DNA from: Mayamaea pseudoterrestris
Taxonomy: Eukaryota
Direction of reading: 5' to 3'
Length of the DNA: 64,000 nt
Assembly (NCBI GenBank): GCA_027923505.1
Contig: BROI01000038.1
Location: forward strand, 124,001-188,000
The stretch's first letter is position 1. Each line of letters begins with the position of its first letter. The notes under the pieces are model-generated. The model ran no database searches. It was not told the DNA's origin and was given only the letters and a program-made list of their open reading frames with translations. The translations under genes were made by a program, and so were the position numbers. Below, piece after piece: positions 11,901-21,400 of this stretch.

Positions 11901-13713
11901 TCGGTACGTCACCTTTCGTCCGCATGGGATACACGACAATGATCTGACTGCGACAACCATAGAATAGCTGCACGCATGTGCACCCTGCATGTCCGTCGAT
12001 ATGGTCATCCATGGCAGGTTCGTCGAAGAACATGGTGTCATGGGCCACTCGATCATCTAGACGGTAGACGTTCAGGAATCGGCTCTTTCGATGCATTCGT
12101 GGGGGGTATCGGCGCTCGTGCATGTTGAACTGCGTGCTATGGCGCAAAGTATCCTTGATCGTCTGCGCCGGGTACCATGCAAAGTTCGGCAGCAATGCGT
12201 CGATATCGGGTTTCTTTGGCAGGATAGACTTGTAGGGCTGATAGACGAGATCCGCATTGTACTTCTGTACGACGGCACAAACATTCAGCTCCTTCTCGGT
12301 GTAAACAGGTTGATTGTCGTGTCCGAGATTCGTATAAGTCACGTTGCTCTGACGATGGGTGCGATTCCGCGTACGCGAGCGTGTCACGCGCGTGAAGCCC
12401 TCTTCGTCGTCACTGTCTTCGTCGTCTTCGTCGCGCGACAACAAGTCCGGTACGTCGTCCTCGTCGTCATCGTCATCCGAAGAGTCATAGTCGTCGTCCT
12501 CGGTCGGCTCGACGTCAAACTCATTCGGATCCCAAGGCCCATCGAAAGTCATCATGACCCGAGGTAAGGTGTGAAGCTCATGCGCCGACACTGGAAACAT
12601 TGGCAAGGTCGCCATGCCACTTTCCATTCCGAGCATAAACTTGTATCCATCTGGCGTTTCGATTCGTAACTTGCCACCAAAGTTGTAATGCTTATCGTTG
12701 ACATGAAGTCCGAAGGCTTCCATCTGCATACTCGAATGAATCGTCTTGCCAGTTCCAGAATATGCGTAATTATGGAACTCGCCGATGACCCAACCCTTGG
12801 TGCTCTTAAGCTTGGCGACTGCTGTGACGGTAGACAGGTCCGGAAGCTTGAGACCACCGACTCCAGTGACTTCAATCTTGTGGAACTTGTCCTCGGTAAG
12901 GATGCGGCCGTCCGCTCCCCATACTCCGCCACTCGCGCCGCGATCGACAGTCGACGCTGAATGCTTATCCAAGTCAATGCTCGCGACTTTGTACTTGCGA
13001 CTCTGAGCAATATTTGCTCCCCGAGTCGTAGTCGTGGGCTGGTCTGGACCTAAGAAACTTCGCATCGCTGAGCCACGGCTAGTGTTGTTCACACGTTCGG
13101 TCGCCGCACTCGCCGTCGTTGCCGCTGATGAAGTGGCTGCGACGTTAGCGTTGCGTGTTGTACTCGTCGTTTGCGTGGTGCCTGCCTGTGTTGCTGATGT
13201 CGAACCACCTGCAGCACTGGCCGCTCGACTCGTACCACGGCGTTCAAACACTTCGTGTTGCTGATCGCGGGTAAGGAGTCGCCACGTGTTTGGTGGAATC
13301 GTCGCATTCACGTCGCTGGGAATTTCGATCGTCTTCGTGTCGGCATAGCTGCGAACATACGAGCGAGTATCTCCCCGACCGCGGCCGCCGCCGCCGCCTC
13401 GTCCCGTACTCAAGTCGCCGCGACCACCGCCCCCCTGATTGGATTGCTGATTGTTGCTGCTACTTGGCGTAGACTGGGAATTGTTCGCGCTTGCCTTCTT
13501 CATCTTCTCCTTCTCTTTCTTGGTTTGCTCAGATTGGTTCGCCTGGCGCTTCTCGGTCTCCTTGATGCCACGACAATTGTCAGATTGACGTGCGACGTCG
13601 TTCAGGAGGTTCCAAAACTGGGTGTACGTCATCGGGTTGCCGGTCTTGGACTCTTCGATCAGCGCCATGTTCACCGCCGATGCCATATCCGCATGGCGGA
13701 AAACCGCGCGCAA
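8941..13713 (-). CDS. Copia gag C-terminus/pol polyprotein (protease, integrase, chromo-like region, reverse transcriptase, RNase H); 3' end corrupted
   Basis: Protease VDRGASGG; integrase FSDNAKE and SEPYYQNQNPAER; RT YKARLVAGGH, DIGNAYL, KALYGLRTSG and CVWVDDLL; RNase H QATVETATFGSEF and MYGDNQAVI. Confidence 0.93.
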   Translation of the reverse strand: MRAVFRHADMASAVNMALIEESKTGNPMTYTQFWNLLNDVARQSDNCRGIKETEKRQANQSEQTKKEKEKMKKASANNSQSTPSSSNNQQSNQGGGGRGDLSTGRGGGGGRGRGDTRSYVRSYADTKTIEIPSDVNATIPPNTWRLLTRDQQHEVFERRGTSRAASAAGGSTSATQAGTTQTTSTTRNANVAATSSAATTASAATERVNNTSRGSAMRSFLGPDQPTTTTRGANIAQSRKYKVASIDLDKHSASTVDRGASGGVWGADGRILTEDKFHKIEVTGVGGLKLPDLSTVTAVAKLKSTKGWVIGEFHNYAYSGTGKTIHSSMQMEAFGLHVNDKHYNFGGKLRIETPDGYKFMLGMESGMATLPMFPVSAHELHTLPRVMMTFDGPWDPNEFDVEPTEDDDYDSSDDDDDEDDVPDLLSRDEDDEDSDDEEGFTRVTRSRTRNRTHRQSNVTYTNLGHDNQPVYTEKELNVCAVVQKYNADLVYQPYKSILPKKPDIDALLPNFAWYPAQTIKDTLRHSTQFNMHERRYPPRMHRKSRFLNVYRLDDRVAHDTMFFDEPAMDDHIDGHAGCTCVQLFYGCRSQIIVVYPMRTKGDVPKRFRDFIREFGAPLEVFSDNAKEAMSAEFDEVMREFMIRRRHTSEPYYQNQNPAERIIGHVKESHERLMDRTGTPACFWLRALLFQTEMYRHLSHPALDGKSPIEFITGQVPDVSKYLHFRWFEIVNYFVKDVEAPGTRQRAAYWLGPNTTCGDDLTYFICDCETHEIMTRSVCLPRNDPKFLNLRVPAPASPVMKEGEPRLYTVPGLGGEILMPEMIKKITDADSRDEDSFIPDEDDTPLVETVEYLEDDDMTDGELDPNPADDGDDKPKKKNINPWRKLPKYAPDELIGKSFLMKTDDGQEVRATVMSKLNNRDAQNHQNIKMMLKLGNGEADEVMSYVEVSDLYEAEVNQDMANPERKWFFKEILDHQGPLTSKSKNWKHSKWNVLVQWDDGSKTWEPLNAMIESDKVSVAAYAQKHNLLDKDGWASLNRWARNAKKVARKVATARMEQQKNGPRYKFGVQVPRDWKEARRLQEAAGHMKWTDAEGVELANLDEYETFQDLGPSSTTTPPTGYQKIRVHFVYDVKHDLRYKARLVAGGHMTKDNDDAYSSVISLKAMRLALVIGEANGKKCMVGDIGNAYLEAFTKEKVYFIGGPEFGEREGHILVIVKALYGLRTSGARFHERLADALLAEGWKPSYCDSDLWIKDAGDSYDYLCVWVDDLLNISDDPAAFFKMLEEKYKFKLKGVGHPEYHLGGDFGRDPDGTLYWSAKTYVAKLLAQYERLFEGPPKKYSSPIDKDDHPELDQSELLNDQEKKIYQSLVGALQWAITLGRFDIAVAVVSLSRFRVEPRKGHLQRVKRVCGYLRELPDAAIRFRTKWPANEEHFGTMEEQDWERSVYGKDGVDEMLDVYPPPKGVTVRTSTFEIACLMHCMVTGKSLEGVLSFVNQTPVDWHCKLQATVETATFGSEFGVAKSGTDISISLRASLMAMGVPLEKSAWMYGDNQAVITQSTIPSSTLSTFDTMRGHCVLGSCSGMVPMTSYY

Positions 13714-14576
13714 ATCTGACGCTTCGTGCTTGCTGTAAGTAGCTCGGTTTCCTTGGCGTAGTCATTGTAGTTCTCTTCCTTGCTGGACCACTGGATAAGC
13801 CAATTGACGAGAGACTTGGCGTAACTCGCGTCGAGAGTGAAATTGCGCCATTCGTCTTCGGCCGAACGTAGATCCAACTTGCGCGCCATCCCGTCGAGAA
13901 ATGTCGCCTCCAACTCTGCAATGCACGCTGAGGCATTCGCGCTGTCGATGTGCTTGCGGACAATGAGCTTGCTCTGCGGTGTCTTGCAGGTATACTCGAG
14001 CGCCGCTAAAAGCTTCGAACACTGATACTGATACTCGGCGAATTCGGGCTCGAGTGCAGCTGGTGCCTTGAACTCGTCGTCCCAAAAGTAGCCTAGTCCC
14101 GCTTCGCATGCGGTTCTTGAAGGCCCGCCAGTAGGAGCAGAACTTGCATCGTTCTTGAGCTCCAGCATGGTCTTCAGATCCAGCTTGATGTCGTGTCGTT
14201 TGTCGTGGTGTCGTTGCCTCCGATAACGCTCATGTCTCCGAAACTGCGGTTGCCTGCGGTCGGTGACCCCGGTGCTGCTGGGAGGTCTCGGCTCGTAATG
14301 TGGTCTTTCTCCAGGTCTTGCCATTGCGCAGTCGTCCGACGTTGCTCGTGAATCCAACTCATGTGCTTGCGCAATCGGCTTGTTTGTATCGTCGTGCAGG
14401 GGTCTTAATGTTCCCACGCTCACCGCCATGTTCGCCTCCGCAGTCGTGAGTTCCTCTTGCTCGAAACACACTGCGGTAGGGTTGTTTGGATCCCAAGTTG
14501 CGGATGCTGCGAGCCACGGAATGTCGAAGACTTTACCGACGGCACGCTTGTAGGTCGTTATATCAATTGTCGCCAT
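13671..14576 (-). CDS. Copia gag N-terminal ORF, joined to pol by a 1-nt frameshift
   Basis: ATG about 105 nt downstream of the 5' LTR; overlaps the pol ORF at cagatttgcgc, where one extra T gives continuous KRQILRAVFRH. Confidence 0.7.
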   Translation of the reverse strand: MATIDITTYKRAVGKVFDIPWLAASATWDPNNPTAVCFEQEELTTAEANMAVSVGTLRPLHDDTNKPIAQAHELDSRATSDDCAMARPGERPHYEPRPPSSTGVTDRRQPQFRRHERYRRQRHHDKRHDIKLDLKTMLELKNDASSAPTGGPSRTACEAGLGYFWDDEFKAPAALEPEFAEYQYQCSKLLAALEYTCKTPQSKLIVRKHIDSANASACIAELEATFLDGMARKLDLRSAEDEWRNFTLDASYAKSLVNWLIQWSSKEENYNDYAKETELLTASTKRQICARFSAMRIWHRR

Positions 14577-14682
14577 GGTGGAGGTTGATCAGAGGAATCG
14601 GACTCGCTGCAGACGAATGTGTCACGATAGCTCCCTCGCTCGTTCTTGCTCTCAAAGCACTGAAATGTTAATCTAACACCAT

Positions 14683-15052
14683 TGACAATTTTGCAGTCAA
14701 CGTCTTAACTCCAAAAAGCTCCAATACAGGATCCTTGGCCACGGTCTGTACAGCTCTTGATGGAGATGGCTCGTCGTTTAGTCATGCATTTGCCACTACA
14801 CGAATATGACTGCACTCTCATCGCAAAACAGTAGTTCTATATTGTGAGCTTATCACTACATCGCTACATCATTGGATCAATCCATTTCTTTCAATCACAT
14901 TACATCAGTCGTAATCAGTCGTTCCATTCATACAACGCATCCACACGACAATTGCGCACTTTCTTCATTCACATGTCACATACGACAGCTGCGGACTTGA
15001 CACAAGCTAATTAGGGTTCGGGCTCTTGACTTCGCCGCTCTGCGACTTGTCA
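14683..15052 (-). repeat. 5' LTR (370 bp) with adjacent primer-binding site
   Basis: Inverted termini TGACAA...TTGTCA; on the minus strand the LTR end CA is followed after 1 nt by TGGTGTTAG, the canonical TGG start of a tRNA primer-binding site. Confidence 0.8.
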
Positions 15053-15056
15053 TAGT

Positions 15057-15443
15057 ATACATGTCCCCAAGCATAGCCAGAACAGAAATCATGGAACAAG
15101 ACTATTGAGAGTAGTCTTTGAAGGCCACACATGGTAGCACATCTTATAGCATACATGTCCCCAAACATAGCCAGAACAGAAATCATGGAACAAGACTATT
15201 GAGGGTAGTCTTTGAAGGCCACACATGGTAGCACCATGGAGCTGGTTACTTTCTGGACCTCTGCCCTACCAAACAACTGTTGCTACACGTGACCTGGAAA
15301 TGATTGTTATGCACGAACCTCACCAGGTGTCCCCAAACATAGCCAGAACAAATTTCATGGAATAAGACTATTGGAGGTAGTCTTTGAAGGCCACACACGT
15401 TGCACCATGGAGCTGGTTATTCGTCTGCCCTCCCATACAACTA
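15057..15443. repeat. Repeat family B tandem copies (one shortened ~94 bp, one ~172 bp, one partial)
   Basis: gtagtctttgaaggccacac recurs at about 15111, 15205 and 15377. Confidence 0.85.
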
Positions 15444-18400
15444 CGGCATCTGCAGGCTGAGACTGGTGAGAACTTCTCACCAGTCACATTGCCATCCCCT
15501 GAGACACCAGCCAGGCATACTATCTTGTAGCGCAGCCTGAATGATGATGTTGGCACCATTCTAGTGTTATTTGGTTGTATAAATGGCCTGCTGTAGGTCT
15601 GTTTGAATGTCACGGCATCTGCAGGCTGATGAGACTGGTGAGAACTTCTCACCAGTCACATTGCCAACCCCTGAGACACTAGCCAGGCATACCATCTTGT
15701 AGCGCAGCCTTAACTATGATGTTGGCATCATTCCAAGTGTAATTTGGGCACATACAGGGCCTGCTCTAGGGGCGTTTGAATGTCACAGCATCTGAGGGCT
15801 GAGACTGGTGACAAGTTGTCACCAAATACATTGCCATCTCCTGAGACACCAGCCAAGCCTACCATCTTGTAGCGCAGCTTGAATAAGAATGTTGGCACCA
15901 TTCTAATGTAATTTGGGCATCTACAGGGCCTGCTGCAGGTGTGTCTGAATGTCACGGCATCTGCGGGCTGAGACTGGTGACAAGTTGTCACCAAATATAC
16001 TGCCATCCCCTGAGACACCAGTTAAGCCTACCATCTTGTAGCGCAGCCTGAATTAGAATGCTGGCACCATTCTGGTGTAATTTGGGCACCTACAGGGCCT
16101 GCTGTAGGGGCGTTTGAATGTCATGGCATCTGTGGGCTGAGACTGGTGACAAGTTGTCACCAAATACATTGCCATCTTCTGAGACACCAGCCAAGCCTAC
16201 CATCTTGTAGCGCCGCCTGAACAATGGTGTTGGCACCATTCTGGTGTAATTTGGGCACCTACAGGGCGTGCTGTAGGGGCGTTTGAATGTCACAGCATCT
16301 GAGGGCTGAGACTGGTGACAAGTTGTCACCAAATACATTGCCATCCCCTGAGACACCAGCCAAGCTTACCATCTTGTAGCGCAGCCTGAATTAGAATGTT
16401 GGCACCATTCTGGTGTAATTTGGGCACCTACAGGGCCTGCTGTAGGGGCGGTTGAATGTCATGGCATCTGCAGGCTGAGACTGGTGACAAGTTGTCACCA
16501 AATACATTGCCATCCCCTGAGACACCAGCCAAGCCTACCATCTTGTAGCGCAGCCTGAATAATGATGTTGGCGCCATTCTGGTGCATTTTGGGCACCTAC
16601 AGGGCCTGCTGCAGGTGTGTCTGAATGTCACGGCATCTGCGGGCCGAGACTGGTGACAAGTTGTCACCAAATACATTGCCATCCCCTGAGACACCAGCCA
16701 AGCCTACCATCTTGTAGCGCAGCCTGAACAATGATGTTAACACCATTCTGGTGTAATTTGGGCACCCACAGGGCCTGCTGTAGGGGCGTTTGAATGTCAC
16801 AGCATCTGAGGGCTGAGACTGGTGACAAGTTGTCACCAAAAATACATTGCCATCTCCTGAGACACCAGCCAAGCCTACCATCTTTTAGCGCAGCCTGAAC
16901 AATATTTTGGCACCATTCTGGTGTAATTTGGGCACCTACAGGGCCTGCTGTAGGTGTGTCTGAATGTCACGGCATCTGTGGGCTGAGATTGGTGACATGT
17001 TGTCGCCAAATACATTGCCATCCCCTGATACACCAGCCAAGCCTACCATCTTGTAGCGCAGCCTCAATAATGATGTTGGCGCCATTCTGGTGTATTTTGG
17101 GGCAGCCTTAACTATGATGTTGGCATCATTCCAAGTGTAATTTGGGCACATACAGGGCCTGCTCTAGGGGCGTTTGAATGTCACAGCATCTGAGGGCTGA
17201 GACTGGTGACAAGTTGTCACCAAATACATTGCCATCTCCTGAGACACCAGCCAAGCCTACCATCTTGTAGCGCAGCTTGAATAAGAATGTTGGCACCATT
17301 CTAATGTAATTTGGGCATCTACAGGGCCTGCTGCAGGTGTGTCTGAATGTCACGGCATCTGCGGGCTGAGACTGGTGACAAGTTGTCACCAAATATACTG
17401 CCATCCCCTGAGACACCAGTTAAGCCTACCATCTTGTAGCGCAGCCTGAATTAGAATGCTGGCACCATTCTGGTGTAATTTGGGCACCTACAGGGCCTGC
17501 TGTAGGGGCGTTTGAATGTCATGGCATCTGTGGGCTGAGACTGGTGACAAGTTGTCACCAAATACATTGCCATCTTCTGAGACACCAGCCAAGCCTACCA
17601 TCTTGTAGCGCCGCCTGAACAATGGTGTTGGCACCATTCTGGTGTAATTTGGGCACCTACAGGGCGTGCTGTAGGGGCGTTTGAATGTCACAGCATCTGA
17701 GGGCTGAGACTGGTGACAAGTTGTCACCAAATACATTGCCATCCCCTGAGACACCAGCCAAGCTTACCATCTTGTAGCGCAGCCTGAATTAGAATGTTGG
17801 CACCATTCTGGTGTAATTTGGGCACCTACAGGGCCTGCTGTAGGGGCGGTTGAATGTCATGGCATCTGCAGGCTGAGACTGGTGACAAGTTGTCACCAAA
17901 TACATTGCCATCCCCTGAGACACCAGCCAAGCCTACCATCTTGTAGCGCAGCCTGAATAATGATGTTGGCGCCATTCTGGTGCATTTTGGGCACCTACAG
18001 GGCCTGCTGCAGGTGTGTCTGAATGTCACGGCATCTGCGGGCCGAGACTGGTGACAAGTTGTCACCAAATACATTGCCATCCCCTGAGACACCAGCCAAG
18101 CCTACCATCTTGTAGCGCAGCCTGAACAATGATGTTAACACCATTCTGGTGTAATTTGGGCACCCACAGGGCCTGCTGTAGGGGCGTTTGAATGTCACAG
18201 CATCTGAGGGCTGAGACTGGTGACAAGTTGTCACCAAAAATACATTGCCATCTCCTGAGACACCAGCCAAGCCTACCATCTTTTAGCGCAGCCTGAACAA
18301 TATTTTGGCACCATTCTGGTGTAATTTGGGCACCTACAGGGCCTGCTGTAGGTGTGTCTGAATGTCACGGCATCTGTGGGCTGAGATTGGTGACATGTTG

Positions 18401-21400
18401 TCGCCAAATACATTGCCATCCCCTGATACACCAGCCAAGCCTACCATCTTGTAGCGCAGCCTCAATAATGATGTTGGCGCCATTCTGGTGTATTTTGGGC
18501 ACCTACAGGGCCTGCTGTAGGGGCGTTTGAATGTCACGGCATCTGTGGGCTGAGACTGGTGACAAATTGTCACCAAATACATTGCCATCTTCTGAGACAC
18601 CAGCCAAGCTCACCATCTTGTAGCGCAGCCTGAATGATGATGTTGGCACCATTCTAGTGTTATTTGGGCATATAAATGGCCTGCTGTAGGGGCGGTTGAA
18701 TGTCATGGCATCTGCAGGCTGAGACTGGTGACAAGTTGTCACCAAATACATTGCCATCCCCTGAGACACCAGCCAAGCCTACCATCTTGTAGCGCAGCCT
18801 GAATAATGATGTTGGCGCCATTCTGGTGTATTTTGGGCACCTACAGGGCCTGCTGCAGGTGTGTCTGAATGTCACGGCATCTGCGGGCCGAGACTGGTGA
18901 CAAGTTGTCACCAAATACATTGCCATCCCCTTGAACACAAGTTAAACCTACCACCTTGTAGCGCAGCCTGAATAAGGATGTGTGCACCATTCTGGTGTAA
19001 AATGGGTGTATACTTGGCCTGCGCTAGGGGCGCTTGAATGTCACGGCATCTGCGGGCTGAGACTGGTGACAAGTTGTCACCAAATACATTGCCATCCCCT
19101 GAGACACCAGCCAAGCTTACCATCTTGTAGCTCTGCCTCAAAAATGATGTTGGCACCATTCTGGTGTATTTTGGGCACCTACTGGGCCTGCTATAGGCGT
19201 GGCTGAATGTCACGGCATCTGCGGGCTGAGACTGGTGACAAGCTGTCACCAAATACATTGCCATCCCCTGAGACAGCAGCCAGGCATACCACCTTGTAGC
19301 GCAGCCTGAACAATGATGTTGGCGCCATTCTGGTGTATTTTGGGCACCTACAGGGCCTGCTATAGGGGCGTTTGAATGTCATGGCATCTGTGGGCTGAGA
19401 CTGGTGACAAGTTGTCACCAAATACATTGCCATCCTCTGAGACACCAGCCAAGCCTACCATCTTGTAGCGCCGCCTACCATCTTGTAGCGCAGCCTGAAC
19501 AATAATGTTGGCACCATTCTGGTGTAATTTGGGCACCTACAGGGCCTGCTGTAGGGGCGTTTGAATGTCACGGCATCTGTGGGCTGAGACTGGTGACAAG
19601 TTGTCACCAAATACATTGCCATCCTCTGAGACACCAGCCAAGCTTATCATCTTGTAGCGCAGCCTGACTAATGATGTTGGCACCACTCTGGTGTAATTTT
19701 GGCATCTACAGGGCCTGCTGCAGGGGCGTTTGAATGTCATGGCATCTGCAGGCCAAGACTGGTGACAAGTTGTCACCAAATACATTGCCATCCCCTGAGA
19801 CACCAGCCAAGCCTACCATCTTGTAGCGCAGCCTGAATAATGATGTTGGCGCCATTCTGGTGTATTTTGGGCACCTACAGGGCCTGCTGCAGGGGCGTTT
19901 GAATGTCATGGCATCTGCAGGCCGAGACTGGTGACAAGTTGTCACCAAATACATTGCCATCCCCTAAGACACCAGTTAAGCCTACCATCTTGTAGCGCAG
20001 CCTGAATAAGGATGTGTGCACCATTCTGGTGTAATTTGGGTGTGTACTTGGCCTGCGCTAGGGGCGCTTGAATGTCACAGCATCTGAGGGCTGAAACTGG
20101 TGACAAGTTGTCACCACATACATTGCCATCCCCTGAGACACCAGCCTAGCCTATCATCTTGTAGCGCAGCCTGATCGATGATGTTGGCACCATTCTGGTG
20201 TAATTGGCACCTACAGGGCCTGCTGTAGGGGTGTTTGAATGTCACGGCATCTGTGGGCTGAGACTGGTGACAAGTTGTCACCAAATACATTGCCATCCCC
20301 TGAGACACCAGCCAAGCCTACCATCTTGTAGCGCAGCCTGAACAATAATGTTGGCACCATTCTGGTGTAATTTGGGCACCTACAGGGCCTGCTGTAGGTG
20401 TGTCTGAATGTCACGGCATCTGTGGGCTGAGATTGGTGACAAGTTGTCACCAAATACATTGCCATCCCATAAGACACCAGCCAAGCCTACCATCTTGTGG
20501 CGCAGCCTGAAAAATGATGTTGGCACCATTCTGGTGTATTTTGGGCACCTACAGGGCCTGCTGTAGGGGCATTTGAATGTCATGGCATCTGTGGGCTGAG
20601 ACTGATGACAAGTTGTCACCAAATACATTGCCATCTTCTGAGATACCAGCCAAGCTTACCATCTTGTAGCGCAGCCTGAATGATGATGTTGGCACCATTC
20701 TGGTGTAATTTGGGCACCTACAGGGCCTGCTGTAGGGGCGTTTGAATGTCACGGCATCTGCAGGCTGAGACTGGTGACAAGTTGTCACCAAAAACATTGC
20801 CATCCCCTGAGACACCAGCCAAGCTTATCATCTTGTAGCGCAGCCTGACTAATGATGTTGGCATTATTCCTGGTGTAATTTGGGCACCTACAGGGCCTGT
20901 TGCAGGGGCGTTTGAATGTCACGGCATCTGCGGGCTGAGACTGGTGACAAGTTGTTGCCAAAGACATTGCCATCCCCTGAGACAGCAGCCTGGCATATCA
21001 TCTTGTAGCGCAGCCTGAATAAGAATGTTGGCACCATTCCTGGTTTATTTTGGGCACCTACAGGGCCTGCTGTAGGGGCGTTTGAATGTCATGGCATCTG
21101 AGGGCTGAGACTGGTGACAAGTTGTCACCAAATACATTGCCATCTCCTGAGACACCAGCCAAGCTTATCATCTTGTAGCGCAGCCTGAACGATGATGTTG
21201 GCACCATTCTGGTGTAAATTGGGCACCTACAGGGCCTGCTGTAGGTGTGTTTGAATGTCACGGCATCTGTGGGCTGAGACTGGTGACAAGCTGTCACCAA
21301 ATACATTGCCATCCCCTGAGACACCAGCCAAGCCTACCATCTTGTAGCGCAGCCTGAACGATGATGTTGGCACCATTCTGGTGTAATTTGGGCACCTACA

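Larger units (their letters stand above)
8307..15052 (-). mobile_element. Ty1/copia LTR retrotransposon, diatom CoDi-like
   Basis: Paired LTR-like direct repeats, a primer-binding-site position, and gag-PR-IN-RT-RH order (integrase before RT) diagnostic of copia. Confidence 0.93.
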
